A stretch of DNA of 58,234 nt from Calditrichia bacterium (GTDB lineage: Bacteria > Calditrichota > Calditrichia > JAJRVZ01): the NCBI GenBank assembly GCA_023132435.1, contig JAGLYF010000190.1, positions 1 through 58,234 on the forward strand, read 5' to 3'. Shown here one piece after another: positions 54,316-58,234 of the stretch. The notes beneath the pieces are model-generated. The model was given only the letters and a program-made list of their open reading frames with translations, had not been told where the DNA came from and searched no databases. Each line of letters opens with the position of its first letter. Within the stretch, counting starts at the first letter, position 1. Position numbers and translations under genes: made by a program.

Positions 54316-55224
54316 TTACTTTGCGTCGCTGTGAGAAAAAAACTCCGTTAATCTATTATAGGTCTCCGGTCGCCGGTCGCGGTAAAATTGCCAGTAGTTG
54401 CGGACCTCCAAATTGAGATTCAAGTCTAAATCGGCTATAACTATCTGGTCTTTTTCCTGACTTGCCTCGGCGATGATTTCGCCTCGTGGATTGCAAAAGT
54501 AACTTTGGCCAAAGAATTTGCCAATTTTCCAGGGTTCCTCGATTCCGGTGCGATTAATCGCCCCTACAAAATAACCATTTGCTACGGCATGAGCGGGTTG
54601 TTCCAGTTTCCATAAATGGTCGGCATGGCCGGCAGTGGTTGCGGAAGGGTTAAACACAATTTCAGCGCCGTTCAATCCCAGCGCCCGGGCGCCTTCGGGA
54701 AAATGACGATCATAGCAAATATAAACGCCAATTTTCGCATAACTCGTTTCAAAAACGGGATATCCTAAATTTCCCGGTTTAAAGTAAAATTTTTCCCAGA
54801 ATCCCGGATGGCAGTGAGGAATATGATTTTTCCGGTACTTACCAAGGTAGGTCCCATCAGCGTCGATGACCGCGGCAGTATTATAATAAACGCCGGGCAT
54901 TTCCTCCTCGTAAATGGGGATGACTAAAACCATCCGGTGTTTGCGCGCTATTTCCTGCATCAGAATGGTCGTTGGTCCGTCCGGAATTTTTTCGGTCAGT
55001 CCGTACCAGCGCGTGTTTTGTTCTGCGGGAAAATAAGGCCCGTAGAACAATTCCTGCAGGCAAACAATTTGCACTCCCCGGTTTGCGCATTTATCTATTA
55101 AGGCAAGATGTTTATCAATCATTGCCTTCTTAATTACTTCGAGTTTTTCTGAAACCTGCGTTTCGGTGCAGGTTTGAACCAGACCGCACTTTACTATTCT
55201 GCTCATTATTTTCTCCACAAACAA
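54316..55224 (-). CDS. carbon-nitrogen hydrolase (nitrilase superfamily; beta-ureidopropionase/N-carbamoyl amidase-like)
   Basis: Catalytic Cys context VYICYDRHFPE, an RKNHIP block and an E-K-C triad layout. 302 aa. Confidence 0.78.
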   Translation of the reverse strand: MFVEKIMSRIVKCGLVQTCTETQVSEKLEVIKKAMIDKHLALIDKCANRGVQIVCLQELFYGPYFPAEQNTRWYGLTEKIPDGPTTILMQEIARKHRMVLVIPIYEEEMPGVYYNTAAVIDADGTYLGKYRKNHIPHCHPGFWEKFYFKPGNLGYPVFETSYAKIGVYICYDRHFPEGARALGLNGAEIVFNPSATTAGHADHLWKLEQPAHAVANGYFVGAINRTGIEEPWKIGKFFGQSYFCNPRGEIIAEASQEKDQIVIADLDLNLNLEVRNYWQFYRDRRPETYNRLTEFFSHSDAK

Positions 55225-55233
55225 ATTTTATAA

Positions 55234-55375
55234 GTGTTCAAAGGTTCTGGGTTCTGGGTTAACCTCTGAACCTTGAACAGTGAACCCAAAACCTGTGAAC
55301 ATGGCAAACACCCCCCTTTGTCCCCCCTCAAGGGGGGAATTCCCGGGGTAAACCCAGAACGGTGAACTCTGAACC
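55234..55375. repeat. 7-nt stutter-arm element (GGTTCTG / CAGAACC words) around a C5/G5 core
   Basis: gtgttcaaaggttctgggttctgggtt, then the core aaacacccccctttgtcccccctcaaggggggaatt (55307-55341), then aacccagaacggtgaactctgaacc. It fills the whole spacer between two co-directional genes. Confidence 0.85.
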
Positions 55376-55379
55376 TCCT

Positions 55380-56528
55380 CTATAAAACTTGTCCGACCAA
55401 TTCTGTGATATCCATTATTTTTAGTTTGCTGCCGCTGTGCCGGGCTGCTTCCAACAGGTTTGTTTGACAGGCCGGGCAGGCGCTGATGACCGCCTCCGCG
55501 CCGGTCTCTTCCGCTTCACACAGACGTTCCGTACCGATCTTTAACGCTAAATCATTATTATACATCTTGATTAAACAGCCGGCTCCGCAGCAGTAACCGT
55601 CATTACGGTTTCGCGGCATCTCTATCAGATCGATACCGGGAATATTGTTGATGATCTCGCGCGGTTCTTCGTATACGCCTAAATGGCGGCCAAGTGTGCA
55701 GGGATCGTGATATGTTACTTTGTGGGGATAGGATTTGAATGAAACCGGTTTATTTGAAAGTTGTTCGTTTATAACCTGGGCATAATGCACCGTTTCGAAA
55801 GGCAGCGGTTTTCCGAGCAGTTCGGGATAATCTTTTTGAAACATTTTCTGGCAGCCGGAGCAATCGAACACGATGCGTTGAATTCCCATTTCCTGAAACT
55901 CATCTACTGTTTTTTGAGCAATGTTTTTAGCTTTGTCGATTTCGCCGGCCGCCATGTAGGGATGGCCGCAGCAGATTTCTTTACTACTAATAGCAAAATC
56001 AACACCGGTTTTTTCTAACGAATTAACGGCGCTGCGGGCAATTTGCCGTCTGAGGTAGGCCGGGGTGCATCCGATGAAAAGAAGAGTATCTGATTCGGCG
56101 TCCAGATGTTTTTTGTTTTGCAGCCAGTTAAAACGTTCCGAGCGGGGTTTCTGGTAAATATTGCCTTCTTGCGAAATTGATTCATTGGATTGTAGTAATC
56201 CGGCCGGGCTTAATCCCAATTGGGCAAGTTCTTCTTTCATTTTAGTAAATACAGTCAACAGGTCAAGATATTTCAGGCAGTTTGCTTCACAGGCGCCGCA
56301 TTCCGTACAGGCATATACCCGCTTGGCAATATCGGCGTCGTAATCAATTACGCCATCGACAAGGGCGCGTCCTAAATTCATTTTCCCGCGCGCGGTATAA
56401 GATTCATAGCCCGTTCCTGCAAAAGCAGGGCACATGAAGTATTGACCGATCTTACTAAAATCATAACAAAAAGCACAACGCAGACAAGCGTATATATCAA
56501 CCTTTTTCGATGTGAGATTATTTTCCAT
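55380..56528 (-). CDS. (Fe-S)-binding oxidoreductase subunit, GlcF/LutA/HdrD-like
   Basis: Two 4Fe-4S-type Cys clusters (CLRCAFC...C and CTECGACEANC) and two CCG-type Cys-rich domains (CCGHPYM, CCGAGC). Confidence 0.8.
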   Translation of the reverse strand: MENNLTSKKVDIYACLRCAFCYDFSKIGQYFMCPAFAGTGYESYTARGKMNLGRALVDGVIDYDADIAKRVYACTECGACEANCLKYLDLLTVFTKMKEELAQLGLSPAGLLQSNESISQEGNIYQKPRSERFNWLQNKKHLDAESDTLLFIGCTPAYLRRQIARSAVNSLEKTGVDFAISSKEICCGHPYMAAGEIDKAKNIAQKTVDEFQEMGIQRIVFDCSGCQKMFQKDYPELLGKPLPFETVHYAQVINEQLSNKPVSFKSYPHKVTYHDPCTLGRHLGVYEEPREIINNIPGIDLIEMPRNRNDGYCCGAGCLIKMYNNDLALKIGTERLCEAEETGAEAVISACPACQTNLLEAARHSGSKLKIMDITELVGQVL

Positions 56529-56553
56529 GTATAATATTCCTTCCTTAACAGCG

Positions 56554-57960
56554 TTATTTTCCGTCCAGAAACAGCACTCCGGGATTTAATATATTATTGA
56601 CGTCCATCATTTTCTTTAATTGTTTCAGGAACGCGAAGTAAGTCCCTAATTTGGGCATGGCATGGGGCGCGACCCCGGCTCCCAAACCACCGGGAGACAT
56701 TTTCCCTTTAATATACATTAAATCACAAAGCTTTCCGCGAAGCTCTAAACCGTACTTCCAGGAATCTTCTTTCATTTCATTATACAGGGTATCGATCCAG
56801 AGATAAGCTCCGTTACGGGTAAAATAGACGTCAAAACCTTTGATCAGAATGTCAAATTTTTCAAATTCATCTTTATGATTTTTCACATATTCATATAAAA
56901 GAGCCAGAGATTCTTTTAACTGCAGCGTAGGCATAAAGCCAGCCACTTCGGGACACATGTAAGGAGCGCCCTGGTAATAAGGACCCGGCGCGACATTGCG
57001 AAGCCAGGAATACATATGGTCCCGCCAATATTTTTTAGTGCCGAAAGCATCATGTTCCACGCCATCCTTACTTTCGCACAGGCTTCTGGTCAATTGCAGC
57101 CGTTTGGCAGCTTCCTGTTTGCTGTCCCGGATAATAATATGGATAAAGGCTTCGCCCTCAACGTCTTTCGGTTTAGGGCCGGCAAACAGCCCCACCACAA
57201 ATGTTGCCGCGCCTTCTTTCTGAATTTCATTCACAGCTTCAAGAGCTTTGCCGTAATCAGCGAAAGCATAAAAAGCAAACTGCTCTGCTTCCGGGATTTT
57301 TCGGATACGATAGGTTATCTCCGTAATAATTCCAAGTGTGCCGTAAGCCCCGATGAATAAACCAGACAGGTCAGGTCCGTTCGTGTAGCGCTCTACGGGA
57401 AAACAATGGGGATTGGCCGAAGCGCCGGTACGCATAATAGTGCCGTCGGGCAGCACCACTTCAAATCCCAATATGTGGTCGCCGGTCATGCCGTATTCCG
57501 TGATAGCATGGGGAATTACATTTACCGCCACTGAGCCGCCGACCGTTCCGGAAAACAATCCACCCCCGCCGGGAACGAACAGTTCCCAGTTATCTTTCTT
57601 CAAAACCGCATCGATGGAATGCCAAATAACCCCGGCCTGTACGGTTGCCGTCAGGGTTTCAGGATCTATTTTAAGGATTTTATCCAGCCGGGCGGTTGAT
57701 AATAATATGCAGCCCTGCAGCACGCCGCTTCCTAAGAAAGTGGTAGCGCGTCCCCAGGTGAAAATCGGTTTTTTTAGATTATTGGCCAATTTCACTACCC
57801 CCGCAATCTCTTCCGTATTTCCCGGCTTGACGATAATGTCCGGGATACCGGCTTTGTCTGGTCCACAGTCGCGCGAATAGCAGATACGTTCCACCATTTC
57901 ATCGCATACATTTTCCGGACCGACTATCTTTTCCAATTCCTTTTTTAGATTGTTGCTCAT
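56554..57960 (-). CDS. FAD-binding oxidase, GlcD/D-lactate dehydrogenase-like
   Basis: 468 aa with an FAD_binding_4-type N-terminal domain (GRATTFLGS...GGGG) and an FAD-linked oxidase C-terminal domain ending ILNPG. Confidence 0.85.
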   Translation of the reverse strand: MSNNLKKELEKIVGPENVCDEMVERICYSRDCGPDKAGIPDIIVKPGNTEEIAGVVKLANNLKKPIFTWGRATTFLGSGVLQGCILLSTARLDKILKIDPETLTATVQAGVIWHSIDAVLKKDNWELFVPGGGGLFSGTVGGSVAVNVIPHAITEYGMTGDHILGFEVVLPDGTIMRTGASANPHCFPVERYTNGPDLSGLFIGAYGTLGIITEITYRIRKIPEAEQFAFYAFADYGKALEAVNEIQKEGAATFVVGLFAGPKPKDVEGEAFIHIIIRDSKQEAAKRLQLTRSLCESKDGVEHDAFGTKKYWRDHMYSWLRNVAPGPYYQGAPYMCPEVAGFMPTLQLKESLALLYEYVKNHKDEFEKFDILIKGFDVYFTRNGAYLWIDTLYNEMKEDSWKYGLELRGKLCDLMYIKGKMSPGGLGAGVAPHAMPKLGTYFAFLKQLKKMMDVNNILNPGVLFLDGK

Positions 57961-58031
57961 AAAATCTCTTGCTCCTTATATAATTTGTAAACGTTTACAG
58001 GTTCTGGGCTTCTTTTTATTCCCATTCTTCG

Positions 58032-58234
58032 CTATGCCGGTTCATAACATTTTCGCATGGCATTCACTTCGCGCAGCACCTCGTTTTCGTTGATAGTATT
58101 AATAATCCTTTCCTTCATAACTATTTTGCCATTAATTATTACCGTTTCCACATCATTGGCCCGGGCGCAATAAACCAGCGTATTTATAATATCGTGATGT
58201 GGCGTTAAGTGGGCCTGGTTTGGATTGATTAACT
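58032..58234 (-). CDS. amidohydrolase-superfamily protein, C-terminal fragment (5' end outside window)
   Basis: This ORF is not in the track. Manual translation of the minus strand gives ...LINPNQAHLTPHHDIINTLVYCARANDVETVIINGKIVMKERIINTINENEVLREVNAMRKCYEPA*, which resembles the C-terminus of deaminase or chlorohydrolase-type amidohydrolases. Confidence 0.5.
   Translation of the reverse strand, partial: LINPNQAHLTPHHDIINTLVYCARANDVETVIINGKIVMKERIINTINENEVLREVNAMRKCYEPA

Noticed and set aside
54316-58234. The right-hand block looks G+C-richer, with some 60-nt lines above 55% GC, which could suggest a horizontally acquired island bounded by the 54071 repeat.
   Set aside because: Spot counts in other soluble-enzyme and kinase genes (around 19100 and 20400) give similar values near 45-50%. 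The AT-rich lines come mostly from membrane genes and spacers. Without a computed GC or codon-usage profile, the discontinuity is not supported.
1-58234. I searched for transposases, integrases, phage, toxin-antitoxin or known defence genes that could explain the repeat density.
   Set aside because: None of the translated ORFs shows DDE, HUH or tyrosine/serine recombinase motifs or recognisable defence-system domains. Any mobilising enzyme must be encoded elsewhere.

Overview
This is a 58.2-kb chromosomal segment from a low-GC, diderm-type bacterium. It uses Shine-Dalgarno sites and encodes many lipoproteins, beta-barrel OMPs and TPR Ser/Thr kinases. The lineage cannot be assigned from sequence alone. 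The first ~28 kb mixes housekeeping genes (gltX, argS, rsfS, mnmA, fabH, lipA, a GlmU-N-like nucleotidyltransferase) with signalling genes. The signalling genes are an NtrC-type sigma-54 activator, a REC-first histidine kinase, an RsbW-like kinase, a GAF-PP2C phosphatase and a duplicated STAS + Hanks-kinase/TPR cassette. The stretch from 28 to 58 kb looks accessory. It holds a membrane/vWA-like gene pair behind a textbook sigma-54 promoter, a 5'-nucleotidase operon, an orphan MalK-like ATPase and an MscK-like channel. It also holds an Omp85-like protein, an aminotransferase / CDP-alcohol transferase / nucleotidyltransferase operon, an island of small beta-barrel OMP genes and a GlcD/GlcF/C-N-hydrolase/amidohydrolase block. 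I saw no rRNA, tRNA, CRISPR array, transposase, integrase or phage genes. The most unusual content is non-coding. Many spacers longer than ~100 bp, and nearly all of them beyond ~31 kb, carry fold-back elements whose arms are stuttered 7-11-nt words (CACGAATT, CACGAAGG, CACAGATT, CACGGAA, TCTCGTT, GGTTCTG, CTGGATG and others). Each element has its own word variant, yet the variant is complementary between its two arms. Several elements surround a conserved C5/G5 hairpin core, and many internal hairpins have GNRA or UUCG-type loops. These elements nest inside one another, abut or supply stop codons, bracket a truncated gene and sit inside operons. No mobilising enzyme is present in the window. 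A second palindrome family (TGTAGAGACG...) shows compensatory base-pair swaps between copies. All functional calls come from motifs read in the translated ORFs. No database search was run.
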